A DNA stretch of 52,355 nt from an uncultured Bacteroidales bacterium (GCA_902773225.1 CACYEC010000077.1:1-52355), one strand, 5' to 3'. Positions 39,868 to 48,927 are shown, counted from the stretch's first letter. The notes: a model not told the origin generated them from the sequence alone. Translations and numbers: made by a program.

Positions 39868-40641
39868 ATGAAAGCACTGATATTCGCAGCAGGTTTGGGC
39901 ACTCGCCTGCGTCCCTTGACCGACAACCGTCCTAAGGCACTGGTATCCATTAGCGGTCGTCCTTTGCTCCAAATATTAATAGAGAAACTGCGAGAAGAGG
40001 GTTTCAACGAGGTCGTAGTCAACGTCCACCATTTCGCCGGCATGATTAAGGATTTCCTGCGAGACAACGACAACTTCGGCATCGACATCCGCATCAGCGA
40101 CGAGACCGACATGTTGCTTGAAACTGGTGGTGGTGTGAAAAAGGCGGCGAGACTGTTTAGTCAGAATGGGGAGCCCTTCCTCATTCACAATGTCGATATA
40201 CTGAGTAACCTTTCCCTCGGAGAGTTCCTTGACAGAGCCACACATCGCGAGGTGGTATTTGCTGACAATCTGCAGGCACCTTCAGCCACCCTGATGGTCA
40301 ACGGACGCACCTCGTCGCGCTACCTGCTATTTGATGCCAACAACATGCTTGTGGGCTGGACCAACACCAACACTGGCGAAGTGAAGTCGCCCTACCCAGG
40401 ACTGAAGGTTGAGACCTGCCAACGTTATGCCTTCTCTGGCATCCATGTGTTCAATCCTTCGCTCCTTCCATTGATGGACTCGTGGCAAGGCAAGTTCTCC
40501 ATCATCGACTTCTACCTTTCCGTGTGCGACCGTGTTCCGATTTACGCAGAATTCAGTCCCACCCTCCAACTCCTTGATGTCGGGAAACTCGAATCCATTG
40601 CCAAAGCGGAAGAATTCATCAAATCGGAAGAATCAGAATAA
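39868..40641 (+). CDS. Sugar-1-phosphate nucleotidyltransferase (MurU-like MurNAc-1-P uridylyltransferase candidate)
   Basis: N-terminal LIFAAGLGTRLRPLTDNRPKALV G-loop, about 250 aa single-domain NTP_transferase, located just after an AmgK-like kinase. Confidence 0.75.
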   Translation: MKALIFAAGLGTRLRPLTDNRPKALVSISGRPLLQILIEKLREEGFNEVVVNVHHFAGMIKDFLRDNDNFGIDIRISDETDMLLETGGGVKKAARLFSQNGEPFLIHNVDILSNLSLGEFLDRATHREVVFADNLQAPSATLMVNGRTSSRYLLFDANNMLVGWTNTNTGEVKSPYPGLKVETCQRYAFSGIHVFNPSLLPLMDSWQGKFSIIDFYLSVCDRVPIYAEFSPTLQLLDVGKLESIAKAEEFIKSEESE

Positions 40642-40693
40642 TCGGAGGAGTCAGAGCATTCAGATGAATTGGAATAATCGGAGGAGTCAGAGC
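40636..40693 (+). repeat. 22-nt perfect direct repeat (GAATAATCGGAGGAGTCAGAGC) x2 separated by 14 nt
   Basis: Copies at 40636-40657 (spanning the stop codon of the nucleotidyltransferase gene) and 40672-40693. Confidence 0.9.
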
Positions 40694-40743
40694 TGTTTTC
40701 AATCCATTGTTCCAAAGTTTTTTGAATTTTTTCCTAAAAATTC

Positions 40744-40774
40744 TTTGTCAGTAAAAATAAAAGGTGTAACTTTG
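40744..40774 (+). promoter_or_regulatory. Putative Bacteroidetes promoter (-33 TTTG / -7 TAACTTTG) for the tRNA cluster
   Basis: TTTG at 40744-40747 and TAACTTTG at 40767-40774, with 19-nt spacing. The first tRNA starts 33 nt downstream. Confidence 0.55.
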
Positions 40775-40806
40775 CACTCGCGTTTGAGAGAAAGCGTTGC
40801 AGAAAT

Positions 40807-40879
40807 GCGGAAATAGCTCAGTTGGTAGAGCACAACCTTGCCAAGGTTGGGGTCGCGAGTTCGAGTCTCGTTTTCCGCT
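40807..40879 (+). tRNA. tRNA-Gly (anticodon GCC)
   Basis: Manual cloverleaf: acceptor GCGGAAA/TTTCCGC, D arm GCTC-AGTTGGTA-GAGC, anticodon arm CAACC-TTGCCAA-GGTTG, T arm GCGAG-TTCGAGT-CTCGT. No encoded CCA. Confidence 0.92.
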
Positions 40880-40896
40880 CTTCAAGTAAGACAAAA

Positions 40897-40977
40897 GCCC
40901 AGGTGGCGGAATGGTAGACGCGTACGTTTCAGGTGCGTATGTCGAGAGGCGTGCAGGTTCGAGTCCTGTTCTGGGCA
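40897..40977 (+). tRNA. tRNA-Leu (anticodon CAG), type II with long variable arm
   Basis: Acceptor GCCCAGG/TCTGGGC, anticodon arm TACGT-TTCAGGT-GCGTA, long variable arm, T loop TTCGAGT. Confidence 0.88.
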
Positions 40978-40984
40978 CATGATT

Positions 40985-41057
40985 GCGGAAATAGCTCAGT
41001 TGGTAGAGCACAACCTTGCCAAGGTTGGGGTCGCGAGTTCGAGTCTCGTTTTCCGCT
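40985..41057 (+). tRNA. tRNA-Gly (anticodon GCC), identical second copy
   Basis: 73/73 identical to 40807-40879. Confidence 0.92.
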
Positions 41058-41087
41058 CATCATTTAAGGGGTTAAACTTTTTAAAAA

Positions 41088-41128
41088 AACCACATCAGCA
41101 GAGATTGCTCATGTGGTTTACATTTTTT
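41088..41128 (+). terminator. Putative terminator hairpin after the tRNA cluster
   Basis: AACCACAT-(15-nt loop)-ATGTGGTT, an 8-bp stem, followed 4 nt later by TTTTTT. It lies between convergent transcription units. Confidence 0.4.
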
Positions 41129-41226
41129 ATGGTATTGAAGTTTGTTTCCCACCCTTATGGAGTGTCGCAGCCGATAGACTCAGAAAGCGTCAGAAAGTTG
41201 CGTATTTCCATAAGGGTGGGAAAGTT

Positions 41227-43563
41227 TTATTTCACGAGGGTCTTTTGTCCGTTGACGATATACAAGCCCTTAGTAGGATGGCTGACGTGGCGTCCGCTCA
41301 TGTCATAGACGTTGTACGACTCAATCAAGGCGTCTTTCACCTCGACAGACTTGATGTCGTTAGGCACTTCCACTTTGCGGTAGGAGATGTACGGAGTGAG
41401 GTATTGGTTAACCGTGATGCCGTTGATGGTGCCGAACTTGTTGTAGTTCTTCATGTGTAGTTCGACGCGGTCGGCATAGACATAAACCATCAGCGCCTGG
41501 ACGATGTTGGGCGTTTCCACTGGCATATCACCTGGATCAATGGTGTTGTAGTAATAGCGCATCGAACCCATGAAGGCAGAGAAGAAACTCGGGGTGCCCT
41601 CTTTTTCCTTATATGCAGACATTTTCCAGACCGCATTGGCGTTGGCTTCAGTAATGGTGATTGTGCCGTTGGAGTCCGTCACTTTAAGACCAATGAGTCG
41701 GTGACTGCCCTCCACTGCATATTCCTCGTTGGTCACAGCATAGAGCAAGGATCGGTCCTTTGCGTTCTCAGCCACGATGAGGTAGAGTTCTCCATCAGTC
41801 GGTTCAGTCACTTTCTGAGCCACAATCTGGCTGTCATCCATACTGGTCACGTGGTAGAAATAGGTGGGATATTTGTCAACATTAGCCGAGAAACGCCCGC
41901 TCGAGCTGGAAATCATATAGTTGCCGTTCGACTCCGAGCCGTTGCCTTCCACCTTGATAGCGTATGCATTTGTGGTAGCGTTGGTCAGTTCGATGGTAAC
42001 AGCATTCTCGTCATCCACTGTGGCGAGGTTGAAAGCATTGAATCCCATGTATTTTCCAGTCAGGAAACTGGTCATGCACCATTTATGGGACGTAGCTTGG
42101 GGTTGTGCATCATCGTTGTAAGGTTCGAAATTCCAGAGCAGGTCATTATTGGCCTCAGCGAGCGTGAGCGTCTCAAAGTCGGTTGAGAGCGATACCTGTA
42201 CGCGTTGCATGCGCTGGGCAGTGCCAGAGTTGTACAAAGCGTTGGAGAGCGCATAGTAGTTACTACCATTTTGCCCTACAAGCATATAGACAGCGTCATC
42301 TTTAATGGTACTGATGCGGTGTGCTTTTGTTCCGTCTCCTTCCTTGTCGAGTTCATATAGGAAGAGTTGAGACGGGTCTCCCCCTGAGAAATATCCGTTG
42401 GAGCCCACGTGAATGGAACTTGTGGTGGTTCCCGAGGGGTTGGTGGCATCGAAAGTGGCGGTAAAGGTCTTTTCTGCCGTTTTCTTGAAGGTTAGTTTGA
42501 AAGGAGTCTCCACAGGAGCCAAGTTATAGGAGTTATATCCTAAATACAGGTTGTTGGATTGGTTTTTCAAGCATCCGACCCAGTTTTTGTCCTCTGAAGT
42601 ATCCCCTGTGACACCTTCAGGTGTTTCGCCGTCCACATGTGTTTCGTCGTAAGTGTCGATTACCTTACCCTCCGTATTGTACCTTGTGACTCGTTGTGAA
42701 GTCTTCTCTCTGGTGTAAGCCTTGTCCTCGCCATGGTCGTGTCCGTAGAGCATAATCAGGTTAGGATATTTGCTCAAGGTCTGTTTCAGCAGTTTCTCCC
42801 CTGGCGACGAGGCTATTCCCTTCGACGGCGAACGTATGCTGTTGGAATCGGCAAAGGGCACATGCAGAGCGAAGAACACCGTCTTGTCGGGATTATCGGC
42901 ATAGATTTCGGCCAATTTGTCGGCCACCCATTGCACCGACTCCTCTGAATAGACGTAGTCCCACGCGCTCTTGAAGAAGTTCTTTCCGCAGTTGAGAATC
43001 ACGAAGTCGAAGCCATGAATCACGTAGTGATAAGCAGCAAGGAGCGACATGGTGCCGAGTGACCCGTTGTCGGCATCCTCATAGAAAGCGTCGTTGTCGC
43101 CAAGGACGCCGATATCATCCTTCATGGGGAAGGTGTAGTAGTCGCCGGCGTTGTAAGGTTTTGGTATATTGTCCCAATTAGCCACTTCGTAGTCGTGGTT
43201 TCCAGTGATGTAGATAACCGGTCGTGAGTCATCGGTAGGAAAGGCTCTGCGTGTGTAGTTGGCGATGAGTTTTCTCACCTGTCTCCAGTTGGTCACGGGT
43301 ATTGTGGCATCGCTGGTGCAGTCGCCTCCTAACATCATCACGTCGATGTTCTCTTCTTGCTTGATTTTTCTGAGTGTCTGAATGAACGAACCTCGAAGAG
43401 CGATGTCACTGAGGTTTTCACAGTCGATGAGCGACCTTTCGGTATGGATGTCAGATATACATGCCAGTGTCAGCAACGGTTTCTCATCATTCTCTTGTGC
43501 TTTGAGCAGGCCAGCATGGAACAAGATGAATGCCAGACCGCAAAAATATAATATACTCCTCAT
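41227..43563 (-). CDS. Secreted calcineurin-like metallophosphoesterase with duplicated middle domains and a T9SS C-terminal sorting domain
   Basis: Signal peptide. Metallophosphoesterase motifs ISDIHTE, GGDCTSD, GNHDY, ALHVPF, GHDHGE. C-terminal NVYDMSGRHVSHPTKGLYIVNGQKTLVK is typical of Por/T9SS tails. Confidence 0.8.
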   Translation of the reverse strand: MRSILYFCGLAFILFHAGLLKAQENDEKPLLTLACISDIHTERSLIDCENLSDIALRGSFIQTLRKIKQEENIDVMMLGGDCTSDATIPVTNWRQVRKLIANYTRRAFPTDDSRPVIYITGNHDYEVANWDNIPKPYNAGDYYTFPMKDDIGVLGDNDAFYEDADNGSLGTMSLLAAYHYVIHGFDFVILNCGKNFFKSAWDYVYSEESVQWVADKLAEIYADNPDKTVFFALHVPFADSNSIRSPSKGIASSPGEKLLKQTLSKYPNLIMLYGHDHGEDKAYTREKTSQRVTRYNTEGKVIDTYDETHVDGETPEGVTGDTSEDKNWVGCLKNQSNNLYLGYNSYNLAPVETPFKLTFKKTAEKTFTATFDATNPSGTTTSSIHVGSNGYFSGGDPSQLFLYELDKEGDGTKAHRISTIKDDAVYMLVGQNGSNYYALSNALYNSGTAQRMQRVQVSLSTDFETLTLAEANNDLLWNFEPYNDDAQPQATSHKWCMTSFLTGKYMGFNAFNLATVDDENAVTIELTNATTNAYAIKVEGNGSESNGNYMISSSSGRFSANVDKYPTYFYHVTSMDDSQIVAQKVTEPTDGELYLIVAENAKDRSLLYAVTNEEYAVEGSHRLIGLKVTDSNGTITITEANANAVWKMSAYKEKEGTPSFFSAFMGSMRYYYNTIDPGDMPVETPNIVQALMVYVYADRVELHMKNYNKFGTINGITVNQYLTPYISYRKVEVPNDIKSVEVKDALIESYNVYDMSGRHVSHPTKGLYIVNGQKTLVK

Positions 43564-43612
43564 TTTTGTGAAAATTTTAAGGTTAGTAAGAAAGTTGTCA
43601 ATGTAGTCTCTC

Positions 43613-44833
43613 CTACTCTATCTGCTCCATCGTTTCGTCAGAATCCTCATCCAAGCCCTCTTCTTCGCCATCCACGCCTTCGTTCAAGTACTCATACCTG
43701 CCAGGCATGAGCATAACGGCCTCAATCATGGCGTCGTTTCCGAAATAGTTTTCTCCGAAACGAATCACGTTTGTTCTTCCTGCAATACTGAGTGCGCACG
43801 CCATGGCGACTTTGTCGTCGGGATGCTGTTCGATGCGTTTGAGACAAGCCTTGTAGCATTTCTGACGGTATGTGTTGTAGTAATCGCTGGGAATGACGGA
43901 AGTGCGTGACATTCCGAAGTATTCCGACTGGCACAAAGCCCTGAAGATGAACCAGATTTTGTTAATCAAAGGGCTGTAGTGTCCACTGTCCATCAACTTT
44001 TTTCCCACAGCGAGAATCCATACGTTCTCGTCGACGGAGTTGAGGCTGTTGGTCCAGTTGCACCAGAGGGAGCATTGCTCGTCGAAGTTCTCGCAGGCAT
44101 TGAGTTCATTCAGCATCACCTTCAGCCGGTCATTTTCCTCCGCATCGGCATACTTGACTGCTTTCTCTTTGGTCAGTCCAGTCACCAAGCGCATGATACT
44201 GTCTAATGAGTCGGAGAAGAGTTCGGGATTCTGATAGAACTTATACAATTTTTTGTCAATGGCATTGTTAAATGTCTCCAGTGACTCGTATGGCAAACGA
44301 GAGTCGTTGTCCATCCTCGCTTCGCTGTCGTCGTTCATGTAGTGAACCAAGAAATTCTTGAACCTACTTGCAGCTTGCCTGACATCGGCGTCGTGGATGA
44401 AGTCAATGCTGATGCCATTGATACTGGAAGCCACATCCTGTGGACTACAAATCTCATCGCCAACCACAGAGTGGAACCAGATTTCCTCATTGCTCCAAAG
44501 GTTCCACCCCAGCACAAGGCTATTGTAGAAGTCCTCGGCAAAACAGAGGAAAGGATGAGTTGACTGGGCATACTGTGGCACATGCAGCACAAAGGAAGTG
44601 TCGCTGAGCAACCATGTTGCCTCCTCTGGGTCAGGCAGGTCTGGCTGCAACTTCGTCTGCAAGAGTTCGTCTTTGTCCTCCCCCTGGTTGTTGGTGTACC
44701 ATTCATGAGCCTGTATCACTTCAGTCAAATCCACTGCTGGACTGTAGTCGAAGATTTCGTCATGACGGTCGTTTCCGCACCCCGTCATCACCATAGTTGC
44801 CAATGCAACGATAAGCAATTTATTCGTATTCAT
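43613..44833 (-). CDS. Lipoprotein of unknown function
   Basis: MNTNKLLIVALATMVMTGC lipobox, a Trp/Cys-containing helical-looking body and an acidic C-terminal tail (GVDGEEEGLDEDSDETMEQIE). No motif recognised. Confidence 0.6.
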   Translation of the reverse strand: MNTNKLLIVALATMVMTGCGNDRHDEIFDYSPAVDLTEVIQAHEWYTNNQGEDKDELLQTKLQPDLPDPEEATWLLSDTSFVLHVPQYAQSTHPFLCFAEDFYNSLVLGWNLWSNEEIWFHSVVGDEICSPQDVASSINGISIDFIHDADVRQAASRFKNFLVHYMNDDSEARMDNDSRLPYESLETFNNAIDKKLYKFYQNPELFSDSLDSIMRLVTGLTKEKAVKYADAEENDRLKVMLNELNACENFDEQCSLWCNWTNSLNSVDENVWILAVGKKLMDSGHYSPLINKIWFIFRALCQSEYFGMSRTSVIPSDYYNTYRQKCYKACLKRIEQHPDDKVAMACALSIAGRTNVIRFGENYFGNDAMIEAVMLMPGRYEYLNEGVDGEEEGLDEDSDETMEQIE

Positions 44834-44905
44834 GTGTATATTGTTTTTATGTGTGAATGAAATTCTTTAGTTTTACTGTTTTTGTCCAAGTCGGCGTTTC
44901 ACACC

Positions 44906-47900
44906 TTATTTCACAAGGTATTTCTTGTTGTTTCGGATATAGACACCCTTTTGTGGAACGGTAGTCAACTGATGCCCTTGCAAGTCGTAAATCCTCGACG
45001 ACCGTGCCTCAGCCTGAGGCACGTCGTCGATGGCAGTGACGTCAGCGTCAGCCTGGATGCCGATTTCAGAAGCCGATGTCCAGGCATTGCCGTTGATTTC
45101 CGACTTGGCTACGAACTTGATGTAACGCCCGGCAGTGGGTTTTGTCAACTTCGCCACTTGTAGGGCAGTGGTGTTCTTGAACTCCCCTTTAGCCACAGGG
45201 TTGCCCCAATTCTTGCCGTCGGTGCTGAGATATACCTCGTATTCCTTCACCATACCGTTCGAGTTTCCGTCCTGTCGGCTCATATACGTAAAGGCCGTCA
45301 CTTTGTAGATTTTAATCATATCCACAATCAGTGTGTGCGGACATCTTGGCTCAGTTCCCCCCCATTCGGTGTGCCAGAATGTGGAGAGATTGTTGTCGAA
45401 TGCGAGTCGTGCCTCATTGCCCCCATGCTGGCTGTCTGCGCTAATCAGTTTCCATGCCGACTTGTTGATATACAGGTCGAAAGTGTAACTCATTGTCGGG
45501 CTGTCCATCAACCCGTCTTTTGCGCAGAAGGCCTTGATGGTGCAAGCGTCGTTGTGAGCGAAGGCAGAAGTATAGGTTTTGTATTCCTCTCCATCGATAC
45601 TGTAGTAGATGGTCGCACCCTTTGTGGATGTGGTCATCTTGATGCTTCCATTGTTCTGTCTCTCGCAACTGACAGGCTGGCACACCGGTATATCCACGCG
45701 TGCGGCAGCCTTAGCATCCACCTCGGAAGCGAGAGGAATGATGATGAAGCGGAAAGGCGTGTTGGCGGCGCGCAACTCATACTTGTCGCGCACATCAGGT
45801 CCACAACTGGCGTTACCGAGTCCTCGTGTGGCTGCATCGAGGGACACCACGGTGTTGACGCAACTCTTGAACTGGTATGTATGTCTGGAGCGGTTGTTGC
45901 GGTCGGTGTAGTTGTCCTCTGGACGGAAATGTACAGCCGATGCAGCCATCTGGTCGGGTGCCACGAAGAGCAGTCCCTGTCCGCTGTCGTTGGTCAGCGA
46001 CAACCATCTCACCTCTTGTTTAGTACCGTGCTCCTGCGGGAGGATATATTCCTCGTACTGGTCAGTGACAGTGCTTTGATAGATAGCAGGCAGACATGCC
46101 TCCTGACGGTCTCGGTAACTGTCCCAAGGTCCTCGTCCGAACCACGTGAAGTTTTCCATAGCAGAAGGCATCTCGAGTCGGAATCCGAGTTTAGGAATCA
46201 CCGCCCCAGTATTGGAAGGCCTTATGAAAGCGTTGGTCATGATGGTTCCATCAGCGCAGACGATAAACTGCATGTTGACATCGAATGTAGTGCCGTTCAG
46301 TCCGGTGTAGGTGGTGTTGAGTTCCAGTGTGACCGTCTTTCCGTCCTTGGCTTCAGTAACCTCGCATCCAGTACCTTTCGGCGTCAACTTGCGCAGTCCC
46401 ATGTTGTCCCAACTGCTGTTCTGGCGTCCATCGTTGTCTGTTGGCAGACGGAAGGCATTGAGGAGCAAAGGTTTTGACATCATCTGCACCTTGTCGAAGG
46501 TATAACTTGTGAGGGTGCCTTGCAGTTTGCTGAACACAGCCTCGAAACGTTTGCCAGTGATGACCAGTGTCGTCCCCTTGTCATTGACAGAGAGGGATTC
46601 GAAGGAGTCGAGGCGCGAAAGGTCGTACATTGGTTTCGTCGCTTTCTTGACAGGCAGTTTTTCTTCAGCCACCACATAACCAGCATCGGCCCACGGGGTG
46701 TTCTCACGCTGTGTGGCGACAAACCTCACGAAAGCCTCTTGGTCAGCAGGCACCGTATCCACCGCAGAAAGGTCGAGGCTGACCAATACGCTGTCGCCAG
46801 CCGCCACCTCCTGAGTGATGTTGCCACTCGAGAGAACCTTGCCGGCTTCATCCATCACCTCGTAGCGAACGTCATAGGCAGTGGTAGGCAGGAATGCCAT
46901 CTTGTTCTTGATACGGAATGACGAGGCACTGTTCTTGATGGGTTTGAAATCGATGGGTTGGTATATTTTCTTCGTGTTGTAGGACTTTGCAGTGAGCGAC
47001 CAGTCGGGATGCACCAGTCCGTTGATGCAGAAGTTGCCGTCGTTGGGATTGTCGCCGAAGTCGCCACCGTATGCCCAGTACTCCTTTCCAGTGTTGCTCT
47101 TTGTGAGCAGTCCCTGGTCCTTGAAGTCCCAGATGAACTCTCCAGTGAGGCACGGATATTTCTCGTAGAGGTCGAACATATCGCGCACATTGCCCATGGA
47201 GTTTCCCATGGAGTGGCTGTTCTCGCACTGTATATGTGGTTTCTGCCCGCTCTGTCCCTGTCTTGAGGAACCGATCCAGCTGATGGTCTCGTAACTGCCG
47301 TACATGGTGCTGGAGACATCGGCGTAGTCGCTGTTGCCCTCATAGTGAGTCAGTCGTGTCTTGTCGAGCGCCTTGATGCCCTGTGCCACATACTTGAAGT
47401 TGTCGCCACCACCGCACTCGTTTCCGAATGACCAGATGAAGATGCAGACGTGGTTGCGCATCCAGCGCACGTGGTTCTGTGAACGCTCCACCATTGCGTT
47501 GCGGAACTTCGGCTCTGAAGAGAGACGCTGGTTGGCGTGGCACTCCACGTTAGCCTCGGCCAGCACGTAAAGTCCGTATTTGTCGCAAAGGTCGTAGAAG
47601 ATGGGATCGTTGGGATAATGTGAGGTACGCACAGCGTTGATGTTCAACCGCTTCATGGTCTTGATGTCGTTCTCTATTTCCTCGTCGCTGATGGCGCGTC
47701 CATTGACAGGTGAGAAGTCGTGGCGGTTGACCCCATGGAACACCATTCGCTTACCGTTGATAATCAGCGCACCGTCGGCCCGAATGCCGACCTCACGGAA
47801 ACCGACCTTGCCACCACGGATATCTACAGCCTCGCCCTTTGCGTTGCGTAAGACAAGCACAAGGTCGTAGAGGTTAGGCGTCTCAGCACTCCAGAGTCGT

Positions 47901-48868
47901 GGTGCAGTCACGTCCATGTCGATACTCAATTCGTTGGCCACATTGGCAGTAGCCTTGGCGATGGCAGTTCCGTTGTCCTCGATTCGCGCCTCCACGGTGC
48001 CCCCTTTCACGTTGTCGGCACCTGTCAGTGTGACCTTGACGTTGGCTTTAGCGTTGACATAGGCGTTGTCGAGGTCGGTGGTGAAGAAGTAGTCGCGAAT
48101 TTGGCTCTTGGGAGCAGCCCAAAGGAAGCAGTGACGCTGTATGCCAGTCAGTCGCCAGTAGTCCTGGCACTCGAGGAAGGAGCCGCTGGTGAATCGATAG
48201 ACCTGCAATGCCATGGTGTTCTCGCCTTCAGTGATATACGGTGTGATATTGAACTCGGATGGCAGGTAGGAGTCCTCAGAGTATCCCACACGCTGTCCGT
48301 TGACCCAGAGGTAGTATCCATGCCCCACTCCATTGAAACGGACATAGACATCCCGTCCATTCCAGTCAGATGGAATGTTGAACTTACGACGGTAAGTGCC
48401 AACGGGGTTGGGCATGTTACTGTTGTAGGTGAACCATCCCGGTCTGTCGGCCATCACTGAGAAGGTGGATTCGTTGAAAGAGAAAGGATAGGCGACGTTG
48501 CAGTATAGCGGTTTGTCCCAAGCCTTGTTGTGGTGGAGTCCCCAGACCTGCCAACTGGATGGCACGTCGATGTCGGTCCATGAAGCGTCGTTATAGTCGG
48601 CTACGCACATGGCGTCCCTGGCCTTGGTGGGTGCATTCACCCAGTAGAACTTCCATGTTCCGTCGAGGGACTGGTAGTAAGGCGACTTAGAGAAGTCGTT
48701 GAGTCTGACATCAGCTTCCTTGGCCATGGGTATGGCGAGTGTGTGTGCAGTTTCTCTGTTAACGCTGGTGATGGAAGGGTCGTCCCATTCCTTGCCCGTC
48801 TGGGCCTGTGCGGCAGTGACGCTTGTCAGCAAAGCCGCAGAGATGAACATGTTGTGTAAAGTCTTCAT
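44906..48868 (-). CDS. GH2 beta-galactosidase (LacZ-like) with C-terminal F5/8 type C (discoidin) domain and T9SS sorting tail
   Basis: Signal peptide. GH2 blocks WSFGNECGGG (acid/base region) and IQCENSHSMGNS (nucleophile region, compare LacZ ILCEYAHAMGNS). Bgal_small_N-like region. FDNNLSTFWHTEW...GRYIKFVAKSE discoidin domain. C-terminal RIYDLQGHQLTTVPQKGVYIRNNKKYLVK. Confidence 0.9.
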   Translation of the reverse strand: MKTLHNMFISAALLTSVTAAQAQTGKEWDDPSITSVNRETAHTLAIPMAKEADVRLNDFSKSPYYQSLDGTWKFYWVNAPTKARDAMCVADYNDASWTDIDVPSSWQVWGLHHNKAWDKPLYCNVAYPFSFNESTFSVMADRPGWFTYNSNMPNPVGTYRRKFNIPSDWNGRDVYVRFNGVGHGYYLWVNGQRVGYSEDSYLPSEFNITPYITEGENTMALQVYRFTSGSFLECQDYWRLTGIQRHCFLWAAPKSQIRDYFFTTDLDNAYVNAKANVKVTLTGADNVKGGTVEARIEDNGTAIAKATANVANELSIDMDVTAPRLWSAETPNLYDLVLVLRNAKGEAVDIRGGKVGFREVGIRADGALIINGKRMVFHGVNRHDFSPVNGRAISDEEIENDIKTMKRLNINAVRTSHYPNDPIFYDLCDKYGLYVLAEANVECHANQRLSSEPKFRNAMVERSQNHVRWMRNHVCIFIWSFGNECGGGDNFKYVAQGIKALDKTRLTHYEGNSDYADVSSTMYGSYETISWIGSSRQGQSGQKPHIQCENSHSMGNSMGNVRDMFDLYEKYPCLTGEFIWDFKDQGLLTKSNTGKEYWAYGGDFGDNPNDGNFCINGLVHPDWSLTAKSYNTKKIYQPIDFKPIKNSASSFRIKNKMAFLPTTAYDVRYEVMDEAGKVLSSGNITQEVAAGDSVLVSLDLSAVDTVPADQEAFVRFVATQRENTPWADAGYVVAEEKLPVKKATKPMYDLSRLDSFESLSVNDKGTTLVITGKRFEAVFSKLQGTLTSYTFDKVQMMSKPLLLNAFRLPTDNDGRQNSSWDNMGLRKLTPKGTGCEVTEAKDGKTVTLELNTTYTGLNGTTFDVNMQFIVCADGTIMTNAFIRPSNTGAVIPKLGFRLEMPSAMENFTWFGRGPWDSYRDRQEACLPAIYQSTVTDQYEEYILPQEHGTKQEVRWLSLTNDSGQGLLFVAPDQMAASAVHFRPEDNYTDRNNRSRHTYQFKSCVNTVVSLDAATRGLGNASCGPDVRDKYELRAANTPFRFIIIPLASEVDAKAAARVDIPVCQPVSCERQNNGSIKMTTSTKGATIYYSIDGEEYKTYTSAFAHNDACTIKAFCAKDGLMDSPTMSYTFDLYINKSAWKLISADSQHGGNEARLAFDNNLSTFWHTEWGGTEPRCPHTLIVDMIKIYKVTAFTYMSRQDGNSNGMVKEYEVYLSTDGKNWGNPVAKGEFKNTTALQVAKLTKPTAGRYIKFVAKSEINGNAWTSASEIGIQADADVTAIDDVPQAEARSSRIYDLQGHQLTTVPQKGVYIRNNKKYLVK

Positions 48869-48927
48869 ATCAGGTTGTTTTCTTGTTAGCGGATTTGTTT
48901 TGGGTGCAGTATAGTTGACCTAATATG

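Noticed and set aside
40748-41308. ORFs 40748-41011 (-) and 40838-41308 (+)
   Set aside because: They are read across the three tRNA genes and the terminator hairpin. The tRNA cloverleaves explain the sequence.
45335-46477. 380-aa plus-strand ORF (the longest unassigned ORF in the track)
   Set aside because: It lies entirely antisense within the well-supported GH2 beta-galactosidase gene. The translation is Ser/Val/Cys/His-rich with no recognisable motif, start context or promoter. This is a typical shadow ORF of a GC-richer gene.
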